Of a stretch of DNA of 37,235 bases, positions 17,909 to 28,876 are shown one piece after another. A program made the translations under genes and the position numbers. Below the pieces are notes generated by a model. It saw only the letters and a list, made by a program, of their open reading frames with translations, was not told the origin of the DNA and ran no database searches. The DNA comes from Escherichia phage D108. The first letter of the stretch is position 1. The number at the start of each line of letters is the position of its first letter. The stretch lies in sequence record NC_013594.1; one strand, given 5' to 3'.

Positions 17909-18104
17909 ACTGAATCAGACATGAAATCAGCCGCACAGATTTTTTAAAACGCGCCACGGGATTTTTAAACCGGTATTTAACGGTGTATGAATCCCGTTTT
18001 ATCTTCCTTCCACTTTCTTTCTCCAGTACTCAAATAGCATAACCCCAGATTTCCCCGCACCTCCCGCAAACTGACTGCTCACAAACCATGATGAGCAGCA
18101 GGAC
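17909..18104 (+). promoter_or_regulatory. G-I intergenic region: late promoter for I and candidate central strong gyrase site
   Basis: 196-bp non-coding gap at 48-49 percent of genome length, where the Mu strong gyrase site and the C-dependent I promoter map; contains tccccgcacct (18052-18062), shared with the lys upstream region. Confidence 0.5.
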
Positions 18105-19190
18105 ATGAAAAAACACGCGATTGGCATTGCCGCACTGAGTGCGCTGTCCATTGACGATGACGGCTGGTGCCAGCTATTGCCTGCCGGTCATTTCAGTGCC
18201 CGTGATGGTCGTCCGTTTGATGTGACAGGCGGTCAGGGGTGGTTCATCGACGGTGAGATTGCCGGGCGTCTGGTTGAAGGCGTTCGCGCACTCAACCAGG
18301 ACGTGCTGATTGATTACGAGCATAACCAGCTACGTAAGGACAAAGGATTACCCCCGGAACAACTTGTCGCGGCTGGCTGGTTTAACGCCGATGAAATGCA
18401 GTGGCGTGAAGGTGAAGGGTTATTTATCCACCCACGCTGGACGGCGGCGGCCCAGCAGCGCATCGATGACGGCGAATTTGGTTATCTCTCTGCGGTTTTT
18501 CCGTATGACACCGCCACCGGTGCAGTGCTGCAAATCCGCCTTGCTGCGCTGACCAATGACCCCGGTGCCACCGGCATGAAAAAGCTGACCGCACTGGCGG
18601 CAGACCTTCCCGACATCCTTCAACAGGAGAACAAACCCATGAATGAAACGCTGCGCAAGCTGCTTGCGCGTCTTGGGGTGACGGTCCCCGAAAATGCAGA
18701 CATCACCGATGAACAGGCCAGCGCGGCCCTGAGTGCGCTTGATGCGCTCGAAACAGATGCCGGAAAAGTGGCGGCGTTGTCTGCCGAACTGGAAAAGGCA
18801 CAGAAAGCCGCCGTTGACCTGACGAAATACGTCCCGGTGGAAAGCTACAACGCCCTGCGTGATGAACTGGCACAGGCGACTGCACAAAGCGCCACAGCCA
18901 GCCTGAGCGCCGTTCTGGACAAGGCGGAACAGGAAGGCCGCATTTTCAAAAGCGAACGTACCTATCTGGAACAGCTTGGCGGTCAGATTGGCGTGGCGGC
19001 ACTGTCGGCACAGCTTGAGAAAAAACAGCCTATCGCTGCGTTATCTGCCATGCAGACCACCACAGCGAAAATCCCGTCGCAGGAAAAAACGGCGGTGGCG
19101 GTGCTGTCTGCTGATGAACAGGCAGCAGTGAAGGCGCTCGGCATTACAGAGGCTGAGTATCTGAAAATGAAACAGGAACAAGAAAAATGA
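18105..19190 (+). CDS. I: Head protease / scaffold protein I (Z scaffold nested at C-terminus), 361 aa
   Basis: Position and size; Ala/Glu/Gln-rich C-terminal half typical of scaffolding domains. Confidence 0.85.
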   Translation: MKKHAIGIAALSALSIDDDGWCQLLPAGHFSARDGRPFDVTGGQGWFIDGEIAGRLVEGVRALNQDVLIDYEHNQLRKDKGLPPEQLVAAGWFNADEMQWREGEGLFIHPRWTAAAQQRIDDGEFGYLSAVFPYDTATGAVLQIRLAALTNDPGATGMKKLTALAADLPDILQQENKPMNETLRKLLARLGVTVPENADITDEQASAALSALDALETDAGKVAALSAELEKAQKAAVDLTKYVPVESYNALRDELAQATAQSATASLSAVLDKAEQEGRIFKSERTYLEQLGGQIGVAALSAQLEKKQPIAALSAMQTTTAKIPSQEKTAVAVLSADEQAAVKALGITEAEYLKMKQEQEK

Positions 19191-20104
19191 TTGTCACCCC
19201 GGCATCCATTAAAGCCCTGATGACCTCCTGGCGTAAGGATTTTCAGGGCGGTCTTGAAGACGCCCCGTCGCAGTACAACAAAATTGCAATGGTGGTGAAC
19301 TCTTCCACCCGCAGTAATACCTATGGCTGGCTGGGTAAATTCCCGACCCTGAAAGAATGGGTGGGTAAGCGAACCATTCAGCAAATGGAAGCGCATGGCT
19401 ACTCCATCGCCAATAAAACGTTTGAAGGCACCGTGGGTATTTCCCGTGATGACTTCGAGGATGACAATCTGGGTATTTATGCGCCGATTTTTCAGGAGAT
19501 GGGCCGTTCTGCGGCAGTTCAGCCGGATGAGCTGATTTTTAAACTTCTGAAAGATGGCTTTACCCAGCCGTGCTATGACGGTCAGAACTTCTTCGACAAG
19601 GAGCATCCGGTATATCCGAATGTGGACGGCACGGGCAGCGCGGTTAATACCTCCAACATCGTTGAGCAGGACAGCTTCAGCGGTCTGCCGTTCTATCTGC
19701 TGGACTGCTCCCGCGCAGTCAAACCGCTGATTTTCCAGGAGCGCCGCAAACCGGAACTGGTCGCACGTACCCGTATCGATGACGACCACGTTTTTATGGA
19801 TAACGAGTTCCTGTTTGGTGCCAGCGCCCGCCGTGCTGCCGGTTACGGCTTCTGGCAGATGGCTGTCGCGGTAAAAGGTGATCTGACGCTGGATAACCTC
19901 TGGAAGGGCTGGCAACTGATGCGTGCGTTTGAAGGTGATGGCGGTAAGAAGCTGGGCCTGAAGCCGACACATATCGTTGTACCGGTCGGGCTGGAAAAAG
20001 CCGCAGAGCAACTGCTTAACCGTGAACTGTTCGCGGATGGCAATACCACCGTCTCCAACGAGATGAAGGGCAAGCTGCAACTGGTTGTCGCTGACTACCT
20101 GTAA
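19187..20104 (+). CDS. T: Major head (capsid) protein T, 305 aa
   Basis: Follows protease/scaffold; followed by a stable hairpin. Confidence 0.9.
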   Translation: MIVTPASIKALMTSWRKDFQGGLEDAPSQYNKIAMVVNSSTRSNTYGWLGKFPTLKEWVGKRTIQQMEAHGYSIANKTFEGTVGISRDDFEDDNLGIYAPIFQEMGRSAAVQPDELIFKLLKDGFTQPCYDGQNFFDKEHPVYPNVDGTGSAVNTSNIVEQDSFSGLPFYLLDCSRAVKPLIFQERRKPELVARTRIDDDHVFMDNEFLFGASARRAAGYGFWQMAVAVKGDLTLDNLWKGWQLMRAFEGDGGKKLGLKPTHIVVPVGLEKAAEQLLNRELFADGNTTVSNEMKGKLQLVVADYL

Positions 20105-20113
20105 CCGTCATTA

Positions 20114-20137
20114 AAAGGCGGTTCAGACCGCCTTTTA
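20114..20137 (+). terminator. Hairpin (partial terminator / RNA stabiliser) after the major capsid gene
   Basis: aaaggcggt-tcag-accgccttt 9-bp stem beginning 10 bp after the T stop. Confidence 0.5.
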
Positions 20138-20170
20138 ACCTGATTTAAAGGAAAAGGAGGAGCATGTGTT

Positions 20171-20581
20171 ATGTCAGGCACTTCGCTTAATTCACAACGG
20201 CTGGACACTTCTCGCATCACTTGCACGGCGATTATTAAATGCCTTCGTCCGGTCTACCGCCGCGCCGGAATCGCCTTTACGCGTGGCGAAAACACCGTGG
20301 AAGTCACCGAAGAACAACTGGCGATCATTCGTGCCGACAGCGTGCTGTCTGTGGTATCTGCATCGTCAGCAGAAACGCTCGCTGAGGCTGGGGGGCTGGA
20401 CGTTCTGGGTGTGGGCGATCTGAATACCCGTATCTGTGCGATCGTTGCCGGTCTGGATAAGGCAAACCCGGAGCACTTTACCGCAGGGGGGGAACCCAAA
20501 GTGAAAGCCGTCAGTGCGGCGCTGGGGGAACCGGTGAGCAGTGCGCAAATCAAAGCGGCGCTGGCTGAGGCGGATGCATGA
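20171..20581 (+). CDS. Hypothetical virion protein (Mu gp35-like), 136 aa
   Basis: SD AAGGAGGAG upstream; late operon. Confidence 0.65.
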   Translation: MSGTSLNSQRLDTSRITCTAIIKCLRPVYRRAGIAFTRGENTVEVTEEQLAIIRADSVLSVVSASSAETLAEAGGLDVLGVGDLNTRICAIVAGLDKANPEHFTAGGEPKVKAVSAALGEPVSSAQIKAALAEADA

Positions 20582-21003
20582 ATTACGCGACGGTAAATGA
20601 CCTGTGCGCCCGCTATACACGTACGCGGCTGGATATTCTCACCCGCCCTAAAACAGCGGACGGTCAGCCGGATGATGCCGTGGCAGAACAGGCACTGGCA
20701 GATGCTTCGGCCTTTATTGATGGCTATCTCGCCGCGCGCTTTGTTCTGCCGCTTACCGTCGTCCCCTCACTGCTGAAACGGCAGTGTTGCGTGGTGGCCT
20801 GGTTTTATCTGAATGAATCACAACCCACCGAGCAGATCACCGCTGCCTACAGGGACACAGTGCGCTGGCTGGAACAGGTGCGCGATGGCAAAACAGATCC
20901 CGGCGTGGAAAGCAGGACGGCAGCCTCGCCGGATGGTGAAAACCTTGTGCAGGTGCAGTCTGACGCGCCGGTCTTCTCACGAAAACAGAAGGGGTTTATC
21001 TGA
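20578..21003 (+). CDS. Head-tail joining / head completion protein (Mu J-like), 141 aa
   Basis: Synteny with Mu late genes between T and L. Confidence 0.6.
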   Translation: MNYATVNDLCARYTRTRLDILTRPKTADGQPDDAVAEQALADASAFIDGYLAARFVLPLTVVPSLLKRQCCVVAWFYLNESQPTEQITAAYRDTVRWLEQVRDGKTDPGVESRTAASPDGENLVQVQSDAPVFSRKQKGFI

Positions 21004-21551
21004 TGCTGGAAGAAACCGAAGCCGCACTGCTGGCGCGCGTTCGTGAGTTGTTTGGGGCAACCCTGCGGCAGGTGGAACCCCTTACCGGCACATGGACTAA
21101 CGAGGATGTGCACCGTCTCTTTCTGGCCCCTCCATCGGTATTTCTGGCATGGATGGGCTGTGGTGAGGGGCGTACGCGTCGGGAAGTTGAAAGTCGCTGG
21201 GCATTTTTTGTCGTGGCGGAGTTGCTGAACGGGGAACCGGTAAACCGGCCCGGTATTTATCAGATTGTGGAGCGACTGATTGCCGGTGTTAACGGTCAGA
21301 CGTTTGGCCCGACCACCGGGATGAGACTGACGCAGGTCAGAAATCTTTGTGACGACAACCGTATCAATGCCGGTGTGGTGCTTTACGGCGTTCTGTTCAG
21401 TGGCACTACCCCGCTGCCGTCCGTGGTGGACATGGATTCGCTGGATGATTACGAGCGTCACTGGCAGACCTGGAAATTCCCGGACGAAACCCCGGAATTT
21501 GCCGCACATATCAATGTGAATCAGGAAAAGGATCATGATGCTGAAAATTAA
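21003..21551 (+). CDS. Tail completion / tail terminator-like protein (Mu K-like), 182 aa
   Basis: Synteny; directly upstream of the sheath-tube module. Confidence 0.6.
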   Translation: MLEETEAALLARVRELFGATLRQVEPLTGTWTNEDVHRLFLAPPSVFLAWMGCGEGRTRREVESRWAFFVVAELLNGEPVNRPGIYQIVERLIAGVNGQTFGPTTGMRLTQVRNLCDDNRINAGVVLYGVLFSGTTPLPSVVDMDSLDDYERHWQTWKFPDETPEFAAHINVNQEKDHDAEN

Positions 21552-21741
21552 ACCCGCAGCGGGAAAAGCCATCCGTGACCCGCTCACGATGAAATTACTG
21601 GCTCCGGAGGGAGAAGAAAAGCCCCATAACAGTTTCTGGATACGTCGCCTTGCAGCCGGTGATGTGGTTGAAGTCGGGAGCACCGAAAACACGGCGGATG
21701 ATACCGACGCTGCGCCGAAAAAACGGAGTAAATCGAAATGA
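21535..21741 (+). CDS. Small hypothetical protein (68 aa)
   Basis: ORF overlapping both neighbours in the late operon. Confidence 0.5.
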   Translation: MMLKIKPAAGKAIRDPLTMKLLAPEGEEKPHNSFWIRRLAAGDVVEVGSTENTADDTDAAPKKRSKSK

Positions 21742-23225
21742 GCGATATTTCATTTAACGCGATCCCGTCAGATGTTCGCGTTCCTCTGACGTATATCGAA
21801 TTTGATAACAGCAATGCCGTCAGCGGAACACCGGCTCCCCGCCAGCGCGTGCTGATGTTCGGGCAAAGCGGAAGTAAAGCCAGTGCCGCACCGAACGTGC
21901 CTGTCCGTATCCGTTCCGGCTCACAGGCCAGTGCGGCGTTTGGTCAGGGTTCCATGTTGGCACTGATGGCAGATGCATTCCTGAACGCTAACCGCGTGGC
22001 GGAGCTGTGGTGTATCCCGCAGGGAAACGGCACCGGTAATGCTGCTGTCGGTGAAATCTCACTGTCAGGAACGGCAGGCGAAAACGGCTCGCTTGTGACC
22101 TATATTGCCGGTCAGCGACTGGCGGTATCCGTCGCAGCAGGTACAAAAGGGGCTGCGCTGGCTGACCTGCTGGTTGCCCGAATCAAAGGCCAGCCGGATT
22201 TACCGGTGACGGCAGAAGTTCGCGCAGACAGCGGAGATGATGACACCCATGCAGATGTGGTTCTGAGTGCAAAATTTACGGGTGCATTATCTGCCGTGGA
22301 TGTGCGCTGGAACTATTACGCGGGTGAAACCACCCCTTACGGGATTATCACGGCATTCAAAGCCGCCTCCGGTAAAAATGGCAACCCGGATATCAGCGCA
22401 AGTATCGCGGGAATGGGCGATCTGCAATACAAATATATTGTGATGCCCTATACCGATGAACCGAACCTGAATCTGTTACGCACTGAATTGCAGGAACGCT
22501 GGGGACCGGTCAATCAGGCTGATGGCTTTGCTGTGACAGTGCTGTCCGGCACGTATGGGGATATTTCCACGTTTGGTGTCAGTCGTAATGATCATCTGAT
22601 CTCCTGTATGGGGATTGCCGGTGCACCGGAACCGTCATATCTGTACGCCGCCACACTGTGTGCCGTTGCCAGCCAGGCGCTTTCCATCGACCCGGCGCGT
22701 CCTCTCCAGACGCTGACGTTGCCCGGAAGAATGCCGCCTGCGGTGGGGGATCGTTTCACCTGGTCAGAACGTAATGCGCTGCTGTTTGACGGCATCTCCA
22801 CGTTTAACGTGAATGATGGTGGTGAAATGCAGATTGAACGCATGATCACGATGTACCGCACAAACAAGTACGGTGACAGTGATCCGTCTTATCTGAACGT
22901 GAATACCATCGCCACGCTGAGTTATCTGCGTTATTCACTGCGAACCCGCATCACGCAGAAATTCCCGAACTACAAGCTGGCAAGTGATGGCACCCGCTTT
23001 GCCACCGGTCAGGCCGTGGTGACGCCATCCGTGATCAAAACGGAGCTGCTGGCACTGTTTGAAGAATGGGAAAACGCCGGACTGGTCGAGGATTTCGACA
23101 CGTTCAAAGAGGAGCTGTATGTGGCACGTAACAAGGACGACAAAGACCGTCTTGATGTGCTTTGCGGCCCGAATCTGATTAACCAGTTCCGCATTTTCGC
23201 GGCACAAGTTCAGTTCATTCTGTAA
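21738..23225 (+). CDS. L: Contractile tail sheath protein L, 495 aa
   Basis: Size and position immediately upstream of the tube gene. Confidence 0.9.
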   Translation: MSDISFNAIPSDVRVPLTYIEFDNSNAVSGTPAPRQRVLMFGQSGSKASAAPNVPVRIRSGSQASAAFGQGSMLALMADAFLNANRVAELWCIPQGNGTGNAAVGEISLSGTAGENGSLVTYIAGQRLAVSVAAGTKGAALADLLVARIKGQPDLPVTAEVRADSGDDDTHADVVLSAKFTGALSAVDVRWNYYAGETTPYGIITAFKAASGKNGNPDISASIAGMGDLQYKYIVMPYTDEPNLNLLRTELQERWGPVNQADGFAVTVLSGTYGDISTFGVSRNDHLISCMGIAGAPEPSYLYAATLCAVASQALSIDPARPLQTLTLPGRMPPAVGDRFTWSERNALLFDGISTFNVNDGGEMQIERMITMYRTNKYGDSDPSYLNVNTIATLSYLRYSLRTRITQKFPNYKLASDGTRFATGQAVVTPSVIKTELLALFEEWENAGLVEDFDTFKEELYVARNKDDKDRLDVLCGPNLINQFRIFAAQVQFIL

Positions 23226-23234
23226 GGAGCATTT

Positions 23235-23591
23235 ATGGCTGGAAATCAGCGTCAGGGGGTGGCGTTCATCCGTGTCAATGGCATGGAGCTTGAAACGATG
23301 GAAGGTGCCTCCTTCACGCCTTCCGGTATCACCCGTGAAGAAGTGACCGGCTCGCGGGTTTATGGCTGGAAAGGTAAACCACGTGCCGCAAAGCTGGAAT
23401 GCAAAATTCCGGGCGGTGGTGATATCGGTCTGGATGAAATCATCGGCTGGGAAAACATCACGGCAGAGTTTCAGGCAGACACCGGTGAAACCTGGATGAT
23501 GGCGAATGCCTGGCAGGCAGATGAACCGAAAAACGACGGCGGCGAAATTTCGCTGGTACTGATGGCAAAACAAAGCAAACGCATTGCATAA
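23235..23591 (+). CDS. M: Tail tube protein M, 118 aa
   Basis: Small protein after the sheath gene. Confidence 0.85.
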   Translation: MAGNQRQGVAFIRVNGMELETMEGASFTPSGITREEVTGSRVYGWKGKPRAAKLECKIPGGGDIGLDEIIGWENITAEFQADTGETWMMANAWQADEPKNDGGEISLVLMAKQSKRIA

Positions 23592-23600
23592 GGGGAAACA

Positions 23601-24035
23601 ATGGACGAAATGAATTTAGGTCCTGAAGCACAGGAACTGCATGACAGCATTGTGGCAGAAATTCAGTCCGGCGTGCTGAAACTGAAAGACGGCCTGCCGT
23701 TCGGCACCGGTGACGAGACTGAAATGCAGTATGACGTGACGCTGCGTGAACTGACCGCAGGCGATCTGATTGATGCCCAGGCGGCTGCTGAAAAGCTGGT
23801 AATGAGCAAGGAAGGCCCGGTGCTGGTCAGTTCCCCGTCCCGGATGGGACTGGAAATGCTGCGCCGACAGATTGCCAGCGTGGGTTGCATCAAAGGCCCG
23901 TTATCGCTGGCGCTGATGCGCAAGCTGTCTGTTGATGACTTCCAGCGTCTGTCGCTGGCTACAGAAATGTACGACATGGCTGTGGCGGCATCGCTGACAC
24001 AAGAACGGGGGCGAGTGGCTGCGGTGCCGGAATGA
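23601..24035 (+). CDS. Tail assembly chaperone (144 aa)
   Basis: Acidic protein between tube and tape measure. Confidence 0.75.
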   Translation: MDEMNLGPEAQELHDSIVAEIQSGVLKLKDGLPFGTGDETEMQYDVTLRELTAGDLIDAQAAAEKLVMSKEGPVLVSSPSRMGLEMLRRQIASVGCIKGPLSLALMRKLSVDDFQRLSLATEMYDMAVAASLTQERGRVAAVPE

Positions 24036-24162
24036 TATTGAGAAAGCGGCGACAGCGATTGGCGTTATTCTGAAAAGTGGCCCGGAATGGGCCTTATCCC
24101 TCCCGCTGTCCCGCTTTTTCCGGCACTGCCAGCAGGCTAAAACCCTCTCTCAATATCACCGT
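23601..24162 (+). CDS. Candidate frameshift-extended chaperone isoform (slip on GGGGG at 24007-24011 into the +1/-2 frame)
   Basis: The frame at +1 relative to the chaperone is open from 23998 to 24162 with no canonical start codon and ends 17 bp before the tape measure ATG; a G5 run lies in the 38-nt overlap. Confidence 0.4.
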
Positions 24163-24179
24163 TAAATCAGGAAATCTCT

Positions 24180-26252
24180 ATGACCGGGAAACGCTTAAAG
24201 GCGTCTGTCATTATTGATCTTAATGGCAATCTTTCCCGGCGTTCCCGCCAGTATTCGAACCAGATAAACGCCCTGTCCCGTAGCGGACAAAGTTCCCTTC
24301 GTGCCCTGCGTATGGAGGTTGTGCGCGTTTCTGGTGCCATTGACAGAATGGGTTCACTGTCAACCCGTACATTCCGAATGCTGTCAGCCGGGGCGCTGGG
24401 TATCGCTGGTGTGGGTTACACCGCCAATAAACTGTTTATTGGTGCAGCCGCCCAGCGTGAGCAGCAAATTATCGCCATGAACTCGCTGTATCACGGCGAT
24501 AAGGTCAGAGCGCAGGCCATGATGGCCTGGGCAAAGCAGAACGCGAAGGACACCACGTGGGGGCTGAGTGGTGTTCTGGATGAGATCCGTTCGTCGAAAG
24601 GCTTCGGCATGACGGATGAACAGACGAAACAGTTCATCACCATGTTGCAGGATCAGGGGGCCATGCACGGCTGGGATTTACCCACTGCACAGGGTGCCTC
24701 ACTGCAACTGAAACAGATGTTTGCCCGCCAGCAAATCACGGCGGCGGATGCCAACCTGCTGACCGGTTACGGTATTAACGTTTACCAGACGCTGGCGGAT
24801 GCACTGGGTAAAGACGTTAAGGATATCCGCAAACAAGGTAAAAAAGGCAAGCTGGGTCTGAAATCCATTCTGACGGTATTCAGAACGCTGTCAGAACAGT
24901 CAAAAGGTGCACAGGCCAGTGCGATGAACTCCTGGGACGGGATGTTCGCCCAGATGGAAGCTAACCTGCTTGAATTTCGCATAAAGGTGGCAAACAGCGG
25001 CCCCTTTGAAGAAATCAAGAACGAGATGCGCCGGGTGCTTAACTGGCACGACATGGCGGATAAATCCGGGGAACTTGACGCACTGGCAGAAAACATTGGT
25101 CAGAAATTTCTGACCACGTTCAGAACGGTAAAAATCGCGGCGCAGGAATTATGGCGCTGGCTGAAACCGGGTAAAGATGCGCTGGCATGGGTTGACCAGA
25201 ATATTGTCAGCCTGAAAAAACTGGCTGCTGTTCTGGTGTCTGTCTGGCTTGCCAATAAAGCCCTGAGAGCAGGCTGGGCCGTGGCAAAACCCTCATGGCA
25301 GGTTGCCAGTTATCCGTTTAAAACCGGGCGTCGTATGTGGCGCTGGATGCGAAACCGCAAACGTGGGCAGGCAGGTCTGCCGGTCCCGGATGCCATGACG
25401 TCTGAGACGCTGTTGCAGGGTATCGGCATTCAGCGTGTGTTTGTCATCAACTGGCCCCGTGGATTTGGTGGCTACGGGAGTGGCGGCGGTCGTCGCGGAC
25501 GGAGCGGCGGAAGAATGGCCCCGCTGTTACCCCGCCAGCCGTTATTGCTGTCCGGGCCACAGCCGCTGGCATTACCTGCACCACGCCCTGTACTGGCATT
25601 ACCCCCACCCGGCGTACCGGTAACAGCACGGCCTGCACCATTACCTTTACCCGGTAAATCCGGTCTTCTGAGCAGGCTTGCAGGCAGTGCTGCCGGGCAA
25701 CTGGTTACGGGAACGGTCGGAAAGCTGGCTGATGCCGGGCGTGCTGTTGGCGGGTGGTTTTCCGGTATCGGAAACAAACTTGCAGGCAGTGCGATCGGTC
25801 GGGTTGTGACAAAAGGTGCCGGGGCGCTGGGCTGGATGGGGAAAGGTGCCGGTCGTGCGTTGTCACGTCTGGGTGGCCCGGTAATGGGGGCACTCCAGCT
25901 TGCCCCCGTCCTGATGGATGAGCAGGCGTCACCCCATGAAAAAGCAGGCGCAATTGGCAGTACAGCCGGTGCATGGCTCGGCGGTGCCGTTGGCAGCCTT
26001 GCCGGACCGCTGGGTACGGTTGCCGGTGCCACGCTGGGCAGTGTCGCCGGGGAGTATCTGGGCGGTTTTGTAACCGACCTGTATCAGAAATGGACGGCCC
26101 CGGATAAGGAACCGCAGGAACAAAAAGTGAATGCGGAAGCCTCGCTGCGCGTCGAACTTGGCGAGGGGTTACGTCTGACCAGTTCCCGCGTCACCGAGGA
26201 CGGTATGGGGCTGAATATTTACGCGGGCGATAACTACATTACAGGCTGGTAA
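24180..26252 (+). CDS. Tail tape measure protein (690 aa)
   Basis: Largest tail gene, after chaperone; Pro-rich low-complexity segment and C-terminal Gly-zipper-like repeats. Confidence 0.85.
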   Translation: MTGKRLKASVIIDLNGNLSRRSRQYSNQINALSRSGQSSLRALRMEVVRVSGAIDRMGSLSTRTFRMLSAGALGIAGVGYTANKLFIGAAAQREQQIIAMNSLYHGDKVRAQAMMAWAKQNAKDTTWGLSGVLDEIRSSKGFGMTDEQTKQFITMLQDQGAMHGWDLPTAQGASLQLKQMFARQQITAADANLLTGYGINVYQTLADALGKDVKDIRKQGKKGKLGLKSILTVFRTLSEQSKGAQASAMNSWDGMFAQMEANLLEFRIKVANSGPFEEIKNEMRRVLNWHDMADKSGELDALAENIGQKFLTTFRTVKIAAQELWRWLKPGKDALAWVDQNIVSLKKLAAVLVSVWLANKALRAGWAVAKPSWQVASYPFKTGRRMWRWMRNRKRGQAGLPVPDAMTSETLLQGIGIQRVFVINWPRGFGGYGSGGGRRGRSGGRMAPLLPRQPLLLSGPQPLALPAPRPVLALPPPGVPVTARPAPLPLPGKSGLLSRLAGSAAGQLVTGTVGKLADAGRAVGGWFSGIGNKLAGSAIGRVVTKGAGALGWMGKGAGRALSRLGGPVMGALQLAPVLMDEQASPHEKAGAIGSTAGAWLGGAVGSLAGPLGTVAGATLGSVAGEYLGGFVTDLYQKWTAPDKEPQEQKVNAEASLRVELGEGLRLTSSRVTEDGMGLNIYAGDNYITGW

Positions 26253-26256
26253 AACC

Positions 26257-27744
26257 ATGTTTGAAGATGCTTTAAATGCCGTTAATGCTGTCCGGGATAA
26301 AATCAGCGGTGGTAAGAAAACAACCGGCAAAGGCACGTTTCGTAACGTGCCGTTTCTCGTCATCGAGGAGCAAAAACAGGCTGGCGGACGTCGCCTGGTT
26401 AAACGCGAGTACCCGTTACGTGATACCGGCGGCGTCAATGACCTGGGGAAAAAGCTTCGCTCCCGTACATTCAGCGCCTGCATTCTGAACAGCAACGCAG
26501 AAACAGCCAGAGATGAAGCGGGTGCGCTGATGGATGCTCTTGATGCTCCGGGTAGCGGTGAGCTGGTACATCCTGATTTCGGCACTGTGGACGTCATGGT
26601 GGATTCATGGGAATGCCGCACTAAAGCGGATGAACTGAATTATTACGCGTTCACCGTTACCGTTTATCCGTCGTTGCAGGATACTGCCCCGGACTCAGAG
26701 ACAGACACCAGTGCAGCCGTACCGGCACAGGCCGTTGCTGTAACCGGTTCTCTGGGAGATACGCTGTCCTCTGTCTGGCAGACCGTAAAAGATGGCACTG
26801 CGGCGGCAACCGCCGTGATGGAAGCTGTAACCGGTGTCATCGATGATATCAGTGATGCGGTGGACAATCTGGGGGTTACGCAGACTGTCAGCGGTCTGAT
26901 GGGATCGCTTTCTGCGATGAAAGGCTCTGTGACCAGCCTGATTAACCAGCCTGCCATGCTGGCCTCCTCGCTGATGGGGGCGCTGTCCGGCGTTTCATCG
27001 TTATGCGATACCCGGACAGCATTTTCCACATGGAACCGTCTGGCGCAGCGATTCGAACGTCGCCATGCCGCCACCGCAGGCAGACAGGGGACAATCACAA
27101 CCTCGTACAACAGTCCGGTTGCAGAAAAAAATATTGCCACACTGAACTACGTCATGCTGGCAGCAGCACAGACATACCGGGCGGAGGCAGCAAGCCAGGC
27201 ACTGACTGCGGCACTGGATTTCAGTCGCCGGATGGATAATGCCGCCCGTGCACCTGTACTGGATGCCCCGTCCACCACAACCGGCACAGCCAGCGGGGCC
27301 AGCAGCACATCCGCTACCGTCACACAGGGACAGTTACAGTTAACTGCCATAACCCCGGACGGCGGCTTTTCACAGGTATCCTTTTCAGACAGTGGTACAG
27401 CCACGCCCCCGGTATTTGAAAGTGTGTCCGATATCGGAAAAACAGCCGCCATGCTGGGGGCAGCGCTGGATACCGTCATTCTGACGGCATCTGAGCAGGG
27501 CTTTTCGACAGACAGCTTTCAGCTTACGCAACTGCGTCTGCTGGTTGTTGCCGACCTGGAAAAACGCGGGCTGCAACTGGCAGGCAGTGAAACGCACCGC
27601 CTGCCGGAGACGATGCCTGCAATGGTGGCTCTGTACCGTTACACAGGAAACAGCCGGAACTGGCAACGGCTGGCCCGCAGGAACGGTATCAGCAACCCGT
27701 TGTTTGTTCCCGGTGGTGTCAGTATTGAGGTGATTAATGAGTAA
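26257..27744 (+). CDS. N: DNA circularization protein N (495 aa)
   Basis: Position after tape measure, as for Mu N. Confidence 0.75.
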   Translation: MFEDALNAVNAVRDKISGGKKTTGKGTFRNVPFLVIEEQKQAGGRRLVKREYPLRDTGGVNDLGKKLRSRTFSACILNSNAETARDEAGALMDALDAPGSGELVHPDFGTVDVMVDSWECRTKADELNYYAFTVTVYPSLQDTAPDSETDTSAAVPAQAVAVTGSLGDTLSSVWQTVKDGTAAATAVMEAVTGVIDDISDAVDNLGVTQTVSGLMGSLSAMKGSVTSLINQPAMLASSLMGALSGVSSLCDTRTAFSTWNRLAQRFERRHAATAGRQGTITTSYNSPVAEKNIATLNYVMLAAAQTYRAEAASQALTAALDFSRRMDNAARAPVLDAPSTTTGTASGASSTSATVTQGQLQLTAITPDGGFSQVSFSDSGTATPPVFESVSDIGKTAAMLGAALDTVILTASEQGFSTDSFQLTQLRLLVVADLEKRGLQLAGSETHRLPETMPAMVALYRYTGNSRNWQRLARRNGISNPLFVPGGVSIEVINE

Positions 27745-28876
27745 TACCGTCACGCTGCGAACGGATGGCAGGCTTTTTACCGGCTGGACGTCAGTCTCTG
27801 TCACCCGCTCCATTGAATCCGTAGCCGGATATTTTGAGCTGGGGGTGAATGTGCCACCGGGTACAGATTTATCCGGGCTGGCACCGGGGAAGGCGTTCAC
27901 GCTGGAAATCGACGGGCAGATTGTCTGCACCGGTTATATCGATTCGCGGCGACGCCAGATGACCGCTGACAGCATGAAAATCACTATCGCCGGACGTGAC
28001 AAAACGGCTGACCTGATTGACTGTGCTGCCGTTTACAGTGGCGGACAGTGGAAAAACCGCACACTGGAGCAGATTGCGCGTGACCTGTGCGCTCCTTATG
28101 GCGTTACCGTTCGCTGGGAGCTTTCCGATAAGGAAAGTTCGGCAGCTTTTCCCGGCTTCACGCTGGACCATTCAGAAACCGTTTATGAGGCGCTGGTGCG
28201 TGCCTCCCGCGCACGCGGTGTACTGATGACCAGCAATGCCGCAGGAGAGCTGGTATTCAGCCGGGCTGCCAGCACAGCCACTGATGAGCTGGTTCTCGGA
28301 GAAAATCTGCTGACACTGGATTTTGAGGAAGACTTCCGCGACCGGTTCAGCGAATACACCGTCAAGGGGTATGCCCGCGCAAACGGTGCTGAGGGTGATG
28401 ATATTGATGCGAAAAGTATCGTCTCCCGGAAAGGGACCGCCACTGACAGTGATGTAACCCGTTACAGACCGATGATCATCATTGCTGACAGCAAAATTAC
28501 GGCGAAGGATGCACAGGCCCGCGCCCTGCGTGAGCAACGCCGCAGACTGGCAAAATCCATCACCTTTGAGGCTGAAATTGACGGATGGACTCGCAAGGAC
28601 GGGCAACTCTGGATGCCGAACCTGCTGGTCACTATTGATGCCTCGAAATATGCCATCAAAACCACGGAATTACTGGTCAGCAAAGTCACCCTGATACTGA
28701 ATGACCAGGACGGGCTGAAAACCCGCGTCAGCCTTGCACCACGCGAAGGCTTTCTGGTGCCGGTTGAAAGCGACCGTAAAAACAGGAAAGGCGGCGACAG
28801 TAACGGCGGTATTGATGCGCTGGTTGAAGATTATTATCGCAGACACCCGGAGAAAACGCCGCCGTGGAAAGAGTAA
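27737..28876 (+). CDS. P: Baseplate hub protein P (379 aa)
   Basis: Synteny with Mu P-Q-V-W-R baseplate cluster. Confidence 0.75.
   Translation: MSNTVTLRTDGRLFTGWTSVSVTRSIESVAGYFELGVNVPPGTDLSGLAPGKAFTLEIDGQIVCTGYIDSRRRQMTADSMKITIAGRDKTADLIDCAAVYSGGQWKNRTLEQIARDLCAPYGVTVRWELSDKESSAAFPGFTLDHSETVYEALVRASRARGVLMTSNAAGELVFSRAASTATDELVLGENLLTLDFEEDFRDRFSEYTVKGYARANGAEGDDIDAKSIVSRKGTATDSDVTRYRPMIIIADSKITAKDAQARALREQRRRLAKSITFEAEIDGWTRKDGQLWMPNLLVTIDASKYAIKTTELLVSKVTLILNDQDGLKTRVSLAPREGFLVPVESDRKNRKGGDSNGGIDALVEDYYRRHPEKTPPWKE

Noticed and set aside
17909-18104. Possible anti-CRISPR insertion at the G-I junction (hotspot in Pseudomonas Mu-like phages)
   Set aside because: No ORF of meaningful length is present; the gap is better explained by the late promoter and central gyrase site.
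18983-20080. 365-aa minus-strand ORF antisense to protease/scaffold I and major capsid T
   Set aside because: It lies entirely inside well-supported, tightly packed plus-strand structural genes, and its translation is low-complexity. Long antisense open frames are expected by chance in GC-rich coding DNA.
20847-21692. 281-aa minus-strand ORF antisense to the J/K-like late genes
   Set aside because: Same reasoning: it overlaps the conserved late operon on the opposite strand and has no SD or promoter context.
25472-26032. Pro/Ala-rich minus-strand ORFs (and the plus-strand 25435-25623 ORF) inside the tape measure gene
   Set aside because: Produced by the GC-rich, low-complexity tape-measure coding sequence being open in several frames; not independent genes.
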